Below are positions 1 through 9,592 of a stretch of DNA of 54,189 bases, one piece after another (position 1 is the stretch's first letter; every line of letters starts with the position of its first letter). The translations under genes and the position numbers were made by a program. This DNA comes from Candidatus Alkanophaga volatiphilum (GTDB taxonomy: Archaea > Halobacteriota > Syntropharchaeia > Alkanophagales > B39-G2). The notes beneath the pieces were generated by a model. It ran no database searches and was not told where the DNA came from. It saw nothing but the letters and a program-made list of their open reading frames with translations. The stretch spans positions 2,575 to 56,763 of the forward strand of contig JAPHEE010000009.1 in the NCBI GenBank assembly GCA_029259545.1, written 5' to 3'.

Positions 1-277
1 TAAAGGATAAAAGTTACGAGGAGTTTAAAAATAATCGTATGCTTCAGGATGCTGTTATAAGGGAGATTGAGATAATTGGTGAGGCCGCTAAAAATCTTTC
101 AAAGGAGTTCAGGAGCAAACATCCAGATATACCATGGAGACAAATAGCTGGCATGAGGGATAAGCTGATACATATGGATATTTTGGAGTGGATTTGGACG
201 CTGTATGGGATACAGCAACGAGAGATATCCCATCATTGAAAAGAGAACTACAGGAAATCATAAAAAGGAGGAGATAA
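1..277 (+). pseudogene. DUF86/HepT-like (HEPN) toxin, 5'-partial, frameshifted
   Basis: EIIGEAAKNLS...IPWRQIAGMRDKLIH motif. An extra 'AT' at 174-175 shifts the frame; the shifted frame continues GYFGVDLDAVWDTATRDIPSLK to TAA at 275-277. Confidence 0.85.
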
Positions 278-317
278 AATGAGCGGGGTTCGGGACTCTC
301 GCAATCCTTCGGATTGC

Positions 318-341
318 TCGGTGCTGACGCACTCGGACAAC
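318..341 (+). repeat. attC-like/REP-like remnant, 20/21 identical to 50547-50567
   Basis: tcggtgctgacgcactcggac-aac, preceded by the hairpin gcaatcc-ttc-ggattgc. Confidence 0.55.
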
Positions 342-451
342 ATGGGATATGTGACTTGTTCACGCCTTTTGCATAAGGCTGCTGCCCTTCCCGTCGCCGC
401 TTTTCCTCACCCGCGAAGCAAGATTATAAAGGGCTCGTTAATCTTAAAGCG

Positions 452-1363
452 ATGTCCTTGGAGGTGCGGCTGTGCGGCGTCAGGCTGCGGAACCCGACGG
501 TTCTCGCCGCTGGCGTCTTGGGAACGAGCCCTCACATTCTAAAAAGGGTTTACGACGCAGGCGCCGGTGCGGTCACGACGAAGTCCATCGGACCGAGGGA
601 GCGGGAGGGACATCCGAACCCTGTCGTCGTGGAGTTCGAGTGCGGGCTTCTGAACGCCGTCGGGTTGCCGTCGCCGCCGCTTGAGGAGAGTGTGGAGAAT
701 CTGCGCAGAGCCGTGAAGCTTGTGAAAGGATCGGTGATCGCAAGCATCTACGGCGAGACCGCCGCCGACTTCAGACATGTCGCATCGCTCGTCTCTGAAG
801 CGGAGCCGGCGATGGTCGAACTCAACATTTCCTGCCCGAACGTTGAAGGACGCATCCCCGCGTTGAACCCTGCGGAGAGCGCCAAAATCGTCGGCGCCGT
901 CAGGGACGTTGTAAAGCAGCCGCTAATCGTGAAGTTAAGCCCAACGGACACCTTCACGATAAAGGAGGTGGCGAGGGCGGTCGTGGACGCCGGCGCCGAC
1001 GTCATAGCCGCCGTTAATACGATGCCGGCGATGGTCATCGACGTCGATTTCGGGCGTCCGGTGCTCTCGAACAGGAGGGGGGGCATGAGCGGCGCCGCCC
1101 TCCGCCCGATAGCGGTGCGCTGCGTCTACGACATTTACGAGGAGGTTGCGGATGCGAACGTCCCGATAATAGGCATAGGCGGCGTCAGTTCCGGTAGGGA
1201 TGCCTTAGAAATGATGATGGCGGGCGCGAGCGCCGTCGGCGTCGGAACCGCCGTCCTTAAAGGGCTTGACGTATTCAAACGCATATTAGCCGAAATGGAG
1301 GAGTTTTTGGAAAAGCGATGCCTTTCATTGGCTGAGGTCGTAGGGATGGCGCACGGTAGGTAG
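452..1363 (+). CDS. pyrD: dihydroorotate dehydrogenase, catalytic subunit (family 1B)
   Basis: TTKSIG, ELNISCPN, VKLSP, GGMSG and IIGIGGV motifs. Confidence 0.95.
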   Translation: MSLEVRLCGVRLRNPTVLAAGVLGTSPHILKRVYDAGAGAVTTKSIGPREREGHPNPVVVEFECGLLNAVGLPSPPLEESVENLRRAVKLVKGSVIASIYGETAADFRHVASLVSEAEPAMVELNISCPNVEGRIPALNPAESAKIVGAVRDVVKQPLIVKLSPTDTFTIKEVARAVVDAGADVIAAVNTMPAMVIDVDFGRPVLSNRRGGMSGAALRPIAVRCVYDIYEEVADANVPIIGIGGVSSGRDALEMMMAGASAVGVGTAVLKGLDVFKRILAEMEEFLEKRCLSLAEVVGMAHGR

Positions 1364-1374
1364 GGGCGGCGAAG

Positions 1375-2163
1375 ATGGCGAGGGCGAAGCCGAGAGCCGC
1401 AAGGGTCGAGAGGATCGTGGTGGAAAACGCAAGAGTGAAAACCTTCATGTTCGATCTGGAGCTGGAGGCGGAGCCCGGGCAATTCATTATGCTCTGGCTG
1501 CCTGGCGTCGACGAGAAGCCGTTTACGCTGAGCTACATGCCGAAAGTGGGCGTGAGCGTCGCAAGGGTTGGCGCCTTCACGCAAAGGCTGCATGAGATCC
1601 GCGAAGGCGAAATGTTGGGTATAAGAGGACCTTATGGGCGCGGCTTCAGTCTTTCAAGCTCGGACGCCGACGTTTGCTTGGTTGCCGGTGGCGTCGGCGC
1701 CGCGGCACTCGCCCCGCTGGCGGAGACGCTGAAAGCGTCGGGAGCGAAAATAACGACGGTACTCGGAGCTAAAAGCGCATCAGAAATACTTTTCGAGAAT
1801 AGATTCTTGGCATGCGGCGAGGTGCTTGTGTGTACTGACGACGGCTCCAAGGGCAGAAGAGGGTCTGCAACCGCTTTGTTCTCGAAACTGCTTGAAAGCC
1901 GGGACTTCGACGCCGTCTACGCCTGCGGACCCGAGCTTATGATATATGAGGTTGCGAGGTTGTGCGAGGAGCGTGGCATAAAAATGCAGGCTGCCGTCGA
2001 ACGCTACATGAAATGCGGCATCGGAATCTGCGGCAGCTGCGTGCTCAATGGACGTCGTGTGTGCGTCGAAGGTCCGGTCTTCGACGGCAAAACCCTTCTC
2101 ATGAGCGAAGAATTCGCAAGCGTGCGCAGGGAACGCTCCGGACGCCTGACGCGTGTCCAGTAG
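1375..2163 (+). CDS. pyrK: dihydroorotate dehydrogenase electron transfer subunit
   Basis: PGQF, RGPYGRGF, VAGGVG and MKCGIGICGSC...VCVEGPVF motifs; adjacent to pyrD. Confidence 0.95.
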   Translation: MARAKPRAARVERIVVENARVKTFMFDLELEAEPGQFIMLWLPGVDEKPFTLSYMPKVGVSVARVGAFTQRLHEIREGEMLGIRGPYGRGFSLSSSDADVCLVAGGVGAAALAPLAETLKASGAKITTVLGAKSASEILFENRFLACGEVLVCTDDGSKGRRGSATALFSKLLESRDFDAVYACGPELMIYEVARLCEERGIKMQAAVERYMKCGIGICGSCVLNGRRVCVEGPVFDGKTLLMSEEFASVRRERSGRLTRVQ

Positions 2164-2164
2164 A

Positions 2165-3232
2165 TCATATAGCTCCGGCTCTTTCTAACTCTTTTATGCG
2201 TTCCTCGTCGTAAAGCAGTGAAGATAATACCTCTTTCGTGTGCTCGCCGAGCTTTGGAACCTTCCCCACATCAGGACGCAAACCTGCGAATTTTAGTGGG
2301 ATCCCTTGCGCTCTCACACCCCTTTGCGGGCTGGAAGCCTCTAGGGGAGGAAAGCCCCCGAAACATTTTTATTCCTTCTAACTTTTATCGATGATGCCCA
2401 ACGGCATGTCCGTTGGGCGGATGGGTCCCTGACCGGCCGAGCTGATGCGTCTCCGCAAGCCGCCCGTCCCGTGTCGGAACCTCGCCCCGGCGGGAGGCAG
2501 GTCAGCTTCCCTAACCTTGGGTAGCGGCGACGTGCGGGCGCATTTGAAGACGTCAGCGACCGTGTTTATGGAAGCTGCGGGCACGCCGTGCCGCAGAGCG
2601 TCTCCACGACTTCGTCTCGCGTTCGCGCGCCCGCGTCCACTCCTCGATGATGGGTTTCAAGAGGCTCTCAAAGTTGCGATATCGATCTTCAAGCGTCTGG
2701 ACCTTGGATGATTTACTAAGTCCTCCCCCTATCGCTCGGCAAAAACGCTCCCAGATGGTCTGAGATGCCGCTGTTATGATCACTAAGCCGTCTTTCGACT
2801 CAAAGGCGTATGGTGCGATCAAAGGAACTCCAATGCCGCTAGGTCCCGGAACTTCGCCCGTCCACTCATAGATTGCAATTTCTCTGTACATGAGGTAGAC
2901 CATGCTGTCGTACATCGCGACGGCGACGTGCTGCCCCTCGCCTGTGATATTGCGGAAGCGGGGCGCCGCGAGTATCGCAGACGCCATGAGCGTCGCCGGA
3001 AATATATCGCCGATGCTGGGTCCAACCTTCACGGGCAGCCCGCCCCTTGGGACCCGTGATGCGGGGAGCACGTCCTTATGCCCGAAACCCGTGATCGTCG
3101 CGTATATGATTCTCGGGTTCACCTGCCTCAGCATTAATGACCTCAGCACCAAGATTTACGAGGAGCATCGTGCAAAACGGCCCTGCGAGGAACCCTGTAG
3201 GGTCTAATACTCTTAACCTTCAAGTGTTTCAT
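2165..3232 (-). pseudogene. CaiB/BaiF family III CoA-transferase, decayed and interrupted by a mini-element
   Basis: Fragments RVLDPTGFLAGPFCTMLLVNLGAEVI, NPRIIYATITGFG, TGEGQHV and PKLGEHTKEVL lie in different frames; internal deletions are present. Confidence 0.85.
2318..2505 (+). mobile_element. non-autonomous IS200/IS605-type mini-element (family A, copy 1) with omegaRNA-like RNA
   Basis: Inserted after CTCAC and ends GGTCAG, with no target duplication. Removal restores YPRLGKVRAQGIPLKF of the CoA-transferase. Homologous to 20760-20951. Confidence 0.85.
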
Positions 3233-3264
3233 AGTACTACTCTAACAACCATAGTAACAGAAAA

Positions 3265-3339
3265 TAGCGGGGGGTGGATTCGAACCACCGATCTCCGGGT
3301 TATGAGCCCGGCGGGATTTCCTGACTACCCCACCCCGCT
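3265..3339 (-). tRNA. tRNA-iMet(CAT)
   Basis: Cloverleaf with A1-U72 pair and GGG-CTCATAA-CCC anticodon arm. Confidence 0.95.
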
Positions 3340-3390
3340 GTTTATACTTATGGAAAAGTTCATATAAAACCTTTACGTCATTCTCTGTGA

Positions 3391-3464
3391 GGGCCGGTAG
3401 CTCAGCCAGGAAGAGCGGCAGGCTCTTAACCTGTTGGTCGGGGGTTCAAATCCCTCCCGGCCCG
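3391..3464 (+). tRNA. tRNA-Lys(CTT)
   Basis: GGGCCGG/CCGGCCC acceptor stem, anticodon loop CT-CTT-AA, GGTTCAAATCC T-arm. Confidence 0.95.
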
Positions 3465-3596
3465 CTTTTCCGTCGCAACTTCTTGATAAAAGCTACATAG
3501 TGCCGTAGTAATCGTAAAGCAGTTTTGAGTAAAAACATATAAACAACTTCTGCCAATCCCTTTCGACCCTTCCTCGGTAGGGCAGGAGTTGGGAAA

Positions 3597-4265
3597 ATGC
3601 ATGGCGGCCATCCTGAGGTGCATCCTGAGGTGGTAACATTAGAAAAAGATATCCTAAAGAGGAACGAAGAGCTCGCATCGCAGGTTCACGAGATGCTGGA
3701 GAGGAGCGGCGTGCGGGCGTTCGACATCATGGGCAGCGTGGGCTCCGGGAAGACGACGATCATAGAGCGGCTTGTCGAGATGCTGAAGGCGGAGGGCGTG
3801 CGTTGCGGCGCCATCACCGGCGACGTCGCCGGCGACTGCGACTACCAGCGTCTCGTGCGGCACGGCGTCCCTGCAAAGAACATAAACACCGGAAAGCAGT
3901 GCCATCTCGACGCGCATCTCATACTGCACGCCCTCGAAGATTTCGACCTGAGCGGAATAGACGTGCTCTTCATAGAAAACGTCGGGAACTTGGTCTGTCC
4001 TGCGGACTTTCCGTTAGGCACGGAGAAGCGGGTCGTCGTGATTTCGGTAACTGAGGGCGACGACATCGTGCGTAAGCACCCTCTCATCTTCCAACTCGCG
4101 GACATCGTCGTGCTCAACAAGATAGACTTGGCAGAGTTCGTGGGCGTCGAGCCGCAAAGGGTTGTCGAAGACTATTTCAAAATCTCACCGAACGGCAGGA
4201 TCTTCCTCACGAACGCAAAGAGCGGCGAAGGACTGGTGGAACTCAAAAATGCGTTGCTTTCTTGA
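3597..4265 (+). CDS. hypB: hydrogenase nickel incorporation GTPase HypB
   Basis: GSVGSGKTT, CHLDA, ENVGNLVCPA and NKID motifs. Confidence 0.95.
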   Translation: MHGGHPEVHPEVVTLEKDILKRNEELASQVHEMLERSGVRAFDIMGSVGSGKTTIIERLVEMLKAEGVRCGAITGDVAGDCDYQRLVRHGVPAKNINTGKQCHLDAHLILHALEDFDLSGIDVLFIENVGNLVCPADFPLGTEKRVVVISVTEGDDIVRKHPLIFQLADIVVLNKIDLAEFVGVEPQRVVEDYFKISPNGRIFLTNAKSGEGLVELKNALLS

Positions 4266-4289
4266 TCTGAGATGAGGCTCGATTGAGAA

Positions 4290-5378
4290 ATGCTGTTCAG
4301 ATTCAGGGATTCGGCGGTCGCAAGGAAAATTGTAGAGCGGCTTAAGGAGATGCGTCTGGACATTCGGGTGATGCACGTATGCGGGACGCATCAGGATACG
4401 CTCGTGCGTTTCGGGCTTGATGAGGTCTTTCAAAGCGTGGGCGTGGAGGTGCGGCAGGGTCCCGGCTGCCCGGTCTGCGTGACCACGCCCTTCGAGATAG
4501 AGCAGGCGACGACGCTGGCTCGCTGCGGAAAGACCATAGCGACGTTCGGCGACATGGCACCAGTTCCATCGGTGAGCGGCTCGCTCTTGGACGCTCGTGC
4601 GGAGGGCTGCGACGTCCGCATCGTCTACAGCGTCGAGGAAGCCGTGCGGATCGCAGAGCGGGAGCCGCAGCGTGACGTCGTGTTTTTTGCTGTCGGTTTC
4701 GAGACCACGGCGCCGACGACCGCCGCCGCTCTCCTGAGCGAGCCGCCCTCGAACTTCTACGTGCTTTCCGCTCATCGCTTAATACCACCAGCGATGGAAG
4801 CCTTGTTAAAGCTCGGCGAGCTCCGCATCGACGGCTTCATAAACCCAGGGCACGTCTCTACAATCATCGGAACTAAGCCCTATGAGCATATTTCTACCAG
4901 ATATAAGGTGCCGCAAGTCGTTGCTGGCTTTGAGCCTCTAGATTTAATGATGGGCGTTTACATGCTCGCACGCCAGATAAAAGAGGGGCGGTGCGAAGTT
5001 GAAAACGAATATTCGAGGGTTGTCAGACCGGAAGGCAACGTCAGAGCACAGAAAATGATGCGAGAGGTGTTCAAAGTTGTCACCGTGAATTGGCGAGGAC
5101 TTTCTGAAATTCCAGAGAGCGGGCTCTCGCTACGCCGCAGCTTCGAGGAGCACGACGCCCTGAAGGTCTTCGAGGATGAGCTTAAAGAGTTGTCAGAACG
5201 CAAATCCGAGTTCAAGGAGCCTGCGGGCTGCCGCTGCGGCGAAATTCTGCGAGGCTTGATCTATCCCAAGGAGTGTCCGCTGTTCGCAAGGCGGTGTACC
5301 CCCGAAAGCCCGGTCGGACCCTGCATGGTTTCGAGGGAGGGGAGTTGCAACATATTTTACAAGTACGGGCGGAAATAG
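4290..5378 (+). CDS. hypD: hydrogenase maturation protein HypD
   Basis: MHVCGTH, GPGCPVCVT, GFETTAP, PGHVS and GPCMVSREGSC motifs. Confidence 0.95.
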   Translation: MLFRFRDSAVARKIVERLKEMRLDIRVMHVCGTHQDTLVRFGLDEVFQSVGVEVRQGPGCPVCVTTPFEIEQATTLARCGKTIATFGDMAPVPSVSGSLLDARAEGCDVRIVYSVEEAVRIAEREPQRDVVFFAVGFETTAPTTAAALLSEPPSNFYVLSAHRLIPPAMEALLKLGELRIDGFINPGHVSTIIGTKPYEHISTRYKVPQVVAGFEPLDLMMGVYMLARQIKEGRCEVENEYSRVVRPEGNVRAQKMMREVFKVVTVNWRGLSEIPESGLSLRRSFEEHDALKVFEDELKELSERKSEFKEPAGCRCGEILRGLIYPKECPLFARRCTPESPVGPCMVSREGSCNIFYKYGRK

Positions 5379-5412
5379 GGTATGCCGCTTGCGGCGTGGT
5401 GGGGGATGTCTG

Positions 5413-6963
5413 ATGGAAAAGCTTCCGTGGTGGAACGATGCCCAGAAGGCGTTAGCGGATGAAGTTGAGCGTTTCGCCGACGAAATAACGCTGCGTGCGC
5501 AGGAGCTTGTATGGCGTCGTAAATATCCTGTGGAAATAATAAAAGAGACGGGGAAGCGAGGATGGCTCGGCACGATACTCCCGGAAGAATACGGCGGCTC
5601 CCCGGAGACGGGCTTCACGGGCTCCTGCATCGTCCTAGAAGAGCTTTCGAGGGTGAGCTTGGCAGGTATGCACTGCATCGTGCACCTGTGCGACGAATAC
5701 ATGCTGCTGAAGCACGGCAGCGACGAGCTGAAGGAGGAGTTCCTGCCGAGGATGGCACGTGGCGACCTCATCGGCGCTTTGGTGGTGACGGAGCCCTACG
5801 TCGGGAACGACGCCGCCGCCATCGAGACCGTCGCCCGTAAGGAGGGCGATGAGTACGTGCTGGAGGGCAAGAAGCGTTTCATAAGCGGCGTCGGCGTTTC
5901 CGACGTCTACTTCGTGCTTGCGAGGACGAGCGACGAGCCAGAGGCGGTGCGCCGCCACGAGCACCTGAGCATGTTCGTCGTCGAGCGGGGGGCTGAGGGC
6001 TTCCACGTCGAGCGGGTCAACGAGCTCACGGGCTTCGACAACATATACAATGCGTACTTGGACCTTGATGGCGTGCGGGTGCCCGCCGACCGTATGATAG
6101 GCGAAGAGGGCGAGGGCTGGCGCGTCCTCATGACGATGGCGAATTACGAGCGGCTTCTGGCGTCCGCAGTCCCCCTCGGCATGATGCGGGAGGCGCTCCG
6201 CTATGCAATCTTCCACATGAGCCGCCGTGTCCAGTTCGGGCAGCCGACGCTCGCCCTCCCGACGAACCAGTTCAAGGTTGCGGACATGCTCATGCGGTAT
6301 CACGCCGCCCGCCTCATGACGTACCACGCCGCTTACCTCTTCGACCTCGGCAAGGAGCCGATAATCGAGGTGGCGGCTGCCCGCTGCTTCAACGCCGACC
6401 TCGCATTCAGAGTCTTCGAAGACGCCACGCAGTGCATGGGCGGCGACGGCGTCACCAAGTTCTACCCGGTCGAAGCCTTCGTCCGCAACGGGAAGATCGG
6501 ACAGCTCGCCCCGACCACGACGGACATTATGAAGGTCGTCGTCTTCAGGTTCGGATTGAGAGCGTGGGCGGACGCCCTCCGCCCGCCCCGCCGCAAGATC
6601 CACGACGAGCTGAAGGTGCCGGTCACCGTCGGCTACTACGGCGACGGCGCCGCCGCAGCAGAGAAAGAAAAAGCCGAGGGGCGCAGCATCACCGAGGACG
6701 ACGTGCTGAACGCCCTCGCCGAGAACTATAAGGTGAACCCCGGGCTCTACATGCACCGCAACGATCTCAAGGAGGAGCTCGGCGTGGACGACGATAAACT
6801 CGACGCGCTTCTGACGGCGCTCGAAAGCAAGGGGCTTGCGACGCTCTACCGCCGGAAGGGTAGGATAGAGCTTGCGAGAGCCACATTCAAGGGGCTGAAA
6901 GCTGCGAAGGTCGAGGAATACCGGTGGTTCCCCGAATGGGTTGACACGGAGCACATGTTCTGA
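5413..6963 (+). CDS. acyl-CoA dehydrogenase with C-terminal winged-helix-like extension
   Basis: TEPYVGND, LEGKKRFIS, RVQFGQP and GGDG ACAD motifs, followed by about 130 extra residues. Confidence 0.9.
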   Translation: MEKLPWWNDAQKALADEVERFADEITLRAQELVWRRKYPVEIIKETGKRGWLGTILPEEYGGSPETGFTGSCIVLEELSRVSLAGMHCIVHLCDEYMLLKHGSDELKEEFLPRMARGDLIGALVVTEPYVGNDAAAIETVARKEGDEYVLEGKKRFISGVGVSDVYFVLARTSDEPEAVRRHEHLSMFVVERGAEGFHVERVNELTGFDNIYNAYLDLDGVRVPADRMIGEEGEGWRVLMTMANYERLLASAVPLGMMREALRYAIFHMSRRVQFGQPTLALPTNQFKVADMLMRYHAARLMTYHAAYLFDLGKEPIIEVAAARCFNADLAFRVFEDATQCMGGDGVTKFYPVEAFVRNGKIGQLAPTTTDIMKVVVFRFGLRAWADALRPPRRKIHDELKVPVTVGYYGDGAAAAEKEKAEGRSITEDDVLNALAENYKVNPGLYMHRNDLKEELGVDDDKLDALLTALESKGLATLYRRKGRIELARATFKGLKAAKVEEYRWFPEWVDTEHMF

Positions 6964-6990
6964 TTTCTCCCTTCTGATTTCTCCCAACCC

Positions 6991-7563
6991 ATGAGGAGCA
7001 GGAGGATAGTAGTGGCAATTACGGGCGCGAGCGGCGTGATTTACGGGATCAGGCTGCTGGAGGTGCTGAAGGAGGAGCGGGTGGAAACCATCCTCATAGT
7101 CTCAGAGACCGCAAAAAAGCTGATACCACTAGAGACGAGCTTCGGGGTAGAAGATGTCTACGGGCTCGCATCACAAGTTTACGAGAACGACGAGCTGACG
7201 GCGGAGGTCAGCAGCGGCACCGCCGAGTACGACGGCGCCGTCATCATACCCTGCAGCATGAAGACGCTCGGCTGCATCGCCGCCGGCATCTCGGCGACGC
7301 TCATCACGAGGGTTGCGGAGGTCTGCCTCAAGGAGGGGCGCAAGCTCGTGCTCGTGCCCCGGGAGACGCCCCTGAACGCAATACATCTCGAAAACATGCT
7401 CACGCTGCGGCGTGCCGGCGCCGTCATCCTGCCGGCGTGCCCCGCCTTCTACCACCGCCCGGAAAAAATTTCAGAACTCGTGGATTTCATCGTCATGAGG
7501 GTTTTGGACGCGCTCGGCGTGCGGAGCGAGCTCGTCCCCCGCTGGGGAAAATGCATTTTGTAA
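6991..7563 (+). CDS. ubiX: flavin prenyltransferase UbiX
   Basis: VAITGASG, PCSMKTL, LVPRETP and PAFYH motifs. Confidence 0.95.
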   Translation: MRSRRIVVAITGASGVIYGIRLLEVLKEERVETILIVSETAKKLIPLETSFGVEDVYGLASQVYENDELTAEVSSGTAEYDGAVIIPCSMKTLGCIAAGISATLITRVAEVCLKEGRKLVLVPRETPLNAIHLENMLTLRRAGAVILPACPAFYHRPEKISELVDFIVMRVLDALGVRSELVPRWGKCIL

Positions 7564-7629
7564 AGGTCAAATTTATTTGATGAAGCGGGGGCGGCGGGCG
7601 GGGCGCCATCCAAGCCTCGTGCGGGGCGT

Positions 7630-8511
7630 CTACTTGTAAACTGAAAACTCCCGGAGCAGCGACGTCCGCGGCACGAGCCCCACGGGCTTCCCGTTCTGCA
7701 TCACGAGGAGGCTCCCGACCCCGTAGCGGTTCACGAGCTGCACCGCCTCGTACACGGAGCGGTCGCCCTCGATGGTTATCAGCTTCTTCTTCGCCAAGTC
7801 CTTCGCCTTTATGTTGAGCTTCCCGCTGGCTATCGCCTTGCAAATGTCCTTAAACGAGAGAATTCCTATTATCTCGTCGTTTTTCGTCACCACCGCCCTG
7901 TCCACATTGTTCTTCAGCAGGATCCTCGATGCCTCTTGGATGGTAGCGGTCGCCGGCACCTTCACCAAGTCCCCCTCCACGTACTCTATGACCTTCTTCT
8001 TCGGGAGCGATATTATGCTCATGATGTTGCATATCACCACGTTCTCGATGTCGTCCCTGCCGACGACCTCCCCTTTCAGCACCACCTTGTTCACCGGCGT
8101 CGGTCCCACCTCGATGATATCGCCGGCGTCGAAGTCCTTGATGTCCCCTATCATCTTGATGTGCGCCGTGCAAACCTCCGGGTGCCGGACCATTTTGAAC
8201 TCTATCTCCTCGACGGTCACGCCGTCCACCGGCTTGCCGTTCCTTGATACGGGCACCGGCGCCTCCTTCTCAGTACTGACCTCTAGGACCTCGTAGGCTT
8301 TTCCGGTGGCTTTGTACCCGCCTTTCGGTCCAGGAACCCCCTCCACGAGCCCGAGGGACTTCAGCGTCTGCATCTGGTTTCTGATGGTGCCGGGGTTGCG
8401 TCCGATGAGCGCCGCTATCTCCTCGCCACGAATCGCACGCCCCTCCCGCCTATATAGGCTGATAAGCGAGAGCAGTATCTGCTTCTGGATCGGCGTCAGC
8501 TCTATCGCCAT
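7630..8511 (-). CDS. HrcA-type wHTH + CBS-pair transcriptional regulator (archaeal family)
   Basis: N-terminal RNPGTIRNQMQTLKSLGLVEGVPGPKGGY and two C-terminal CBS repeats. Confidence 0.85.
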   Translation of the reverse strand: MAIELTPIQKQILLSLISLYRREGRAIRGEEIAALIGRNPGTIRNQMQTLKSLGLVEGVPGPKGGYKATGKAYEVLEVSTEKEAPVPVSRNGKPVDGVTVEEIEFKMVRHPEVCTAHIKMIGDIKDFDAGDIIEVGPTPVNKVVLKGEVVGRDDIENVVICNIMSIISLPKKKVIEYVEGDLVKVPATATIQEASRILLKNNVDRAVVTKNDEIIGILSFKDICKAIASGKLNIKAKDLAKKKLITIEGDRSVYEAVQLVNRYGVGSLLVMQNGKPVGLVPRTSLLREFSVYK

Positions 8512-8611
8512 TTCGCGCCTGTCCTCCCAATGCGTCGATTAATAGTTAAGATTCGGTCAGGTTAAGATTGAGTCCCGCAGGTTATAAATGTTGGGTTGCA
8601 AGGGGCATATA

Positions 8612-8896
8612 TGAGGGGGCACGAGGCACCGTCGTGACGCTCCGCACCGAGTACATCCCATTGCTAAGGCACCGTCCCGATGTTTCAACGCCGACGGCGT
8701 GAGCCAATTGGAGGGCGGTGGGTCGAATGCCACTTGGGCGTGTCAGCAGCGCCCTGGGGGTTTGCAGTGATCGCTGCGCCACTCCATACGAGGCGACCCG
8801 CACGGGCTAGCTGACGCAGCCCTCGACGGGAGCCGCCCCCAGTCACGTGGTTCGGCGAGCGAGTGTCATAGCCGCAGGCGTCCCCCGGCGCCCTCA
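8612..8896 (+). ncRNA. candidate structured ncRNA (unassigned)
   Basis: TTATAAA at 8582-8588, long-range 5'/3' pairing with G-U pairs on the + strand, several internal hairpins, no credible ORF. Confidence 0.45.
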
Positions 8897-8965
8897 GCCC
8901 CACCCCCACGTTAAAGGCTTAAAAAGGGAGAGCCGCTTTCGTCCCCACAGCTAAGGGGTGGTAGG

Positions 8966-9472
8966 ATGAAAATACGGGGGCAGGTCTTCCACATATTTCC
9001 AGATAACACGAACACCGACGAAATAATATCCGGGAAGTACAAATATGACGAGCTCGACTTGGAGAAACTAGCGGTGCACACGTTCGAATCTGTGTATCCG
9101 GGCTTTTACGACGAGATTAAGAACTTTGAGAGCCCGATACTCGTGGCGGCTCGCAATTTCGGCTGCGGCTCCTCACGAGAGCAGGCACCGCACGTCTTAA
9201 AGGCGTGCGGCGTGCGCTGCATCGTCGCAGCGTCGTTCGCCCGCATCTTCTTCAGGAACGCCATAAACATAGGGCTGCCGCTCGTGGAGTGCGACATCGC
9301 GGGCGATGTGAAAAAAGGCGACGAGCTCGAAATAGATTTTGAGGGCGGTGTGATCAGAAACCTGACGAGCAATGAGGAATTTTCGTTCAAAAAGCTCCCA
9401 CCGTTCCTGATGGAAATATTTGCAGAAGGTGGATTGATCCCGTATCTGAAGAAGAGAGGAGGATTCCGCTGA
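8966..9472 (+). CDS. leuD: 3-isopropylmalate dehydratase/homoaconitase small subunit
   Basis: NTDEII, NFGCGSSREQA and SFARIFFRNAINIGLP motifs; exact substrate not resolvable. Confidence 0.85.
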   Translation: MKIRGQVFHIFPDNTNTDEIISGKYKYDELDLEKLAVHTFESVYPGFYDEIKNFESPILVAARNFGCGSSREQAPHVLKACGVRCIVAASFARIFFRNAINIGLPLVECDIAGDVKKGDELEIDFEGGVIRNLTSNEEFSFKKLPPFLMEIFAEGGLIPYLKKRGGFR

Positions 9473-9592
9473 ATAGCACCGTTAAGGAGTTTCAGCGAGC
9501 GCCCCCGAGCTACGCAGTTCTGACATGAGCACATAATATAGTATATGCTGCTGAAATAATCGAGTCATCTTGAAGGGCTTTCTTGGTGCCCT

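Noticed and set aside
2318-2505. Mini-elements as self-splicing introns (IStron or BHB type)
   Set aside because: Copy 1 is antisense to its host gene, the elements are too short for a group I core, and no BHB motif was seen at the junctions.
5635-6987. 450-aa minus-strand ORF
   Set aside because: Antisense shadow of the GC-rich acyl-CoA dehydrogenase; no motifs.
8612-8896. RNase P RNA or SRP RNA assignment
   Set aside because: No GAGGAAAGTCC-like P4 motif and no SRP helix-8 GGAAGGGAGCA motif on either strand.
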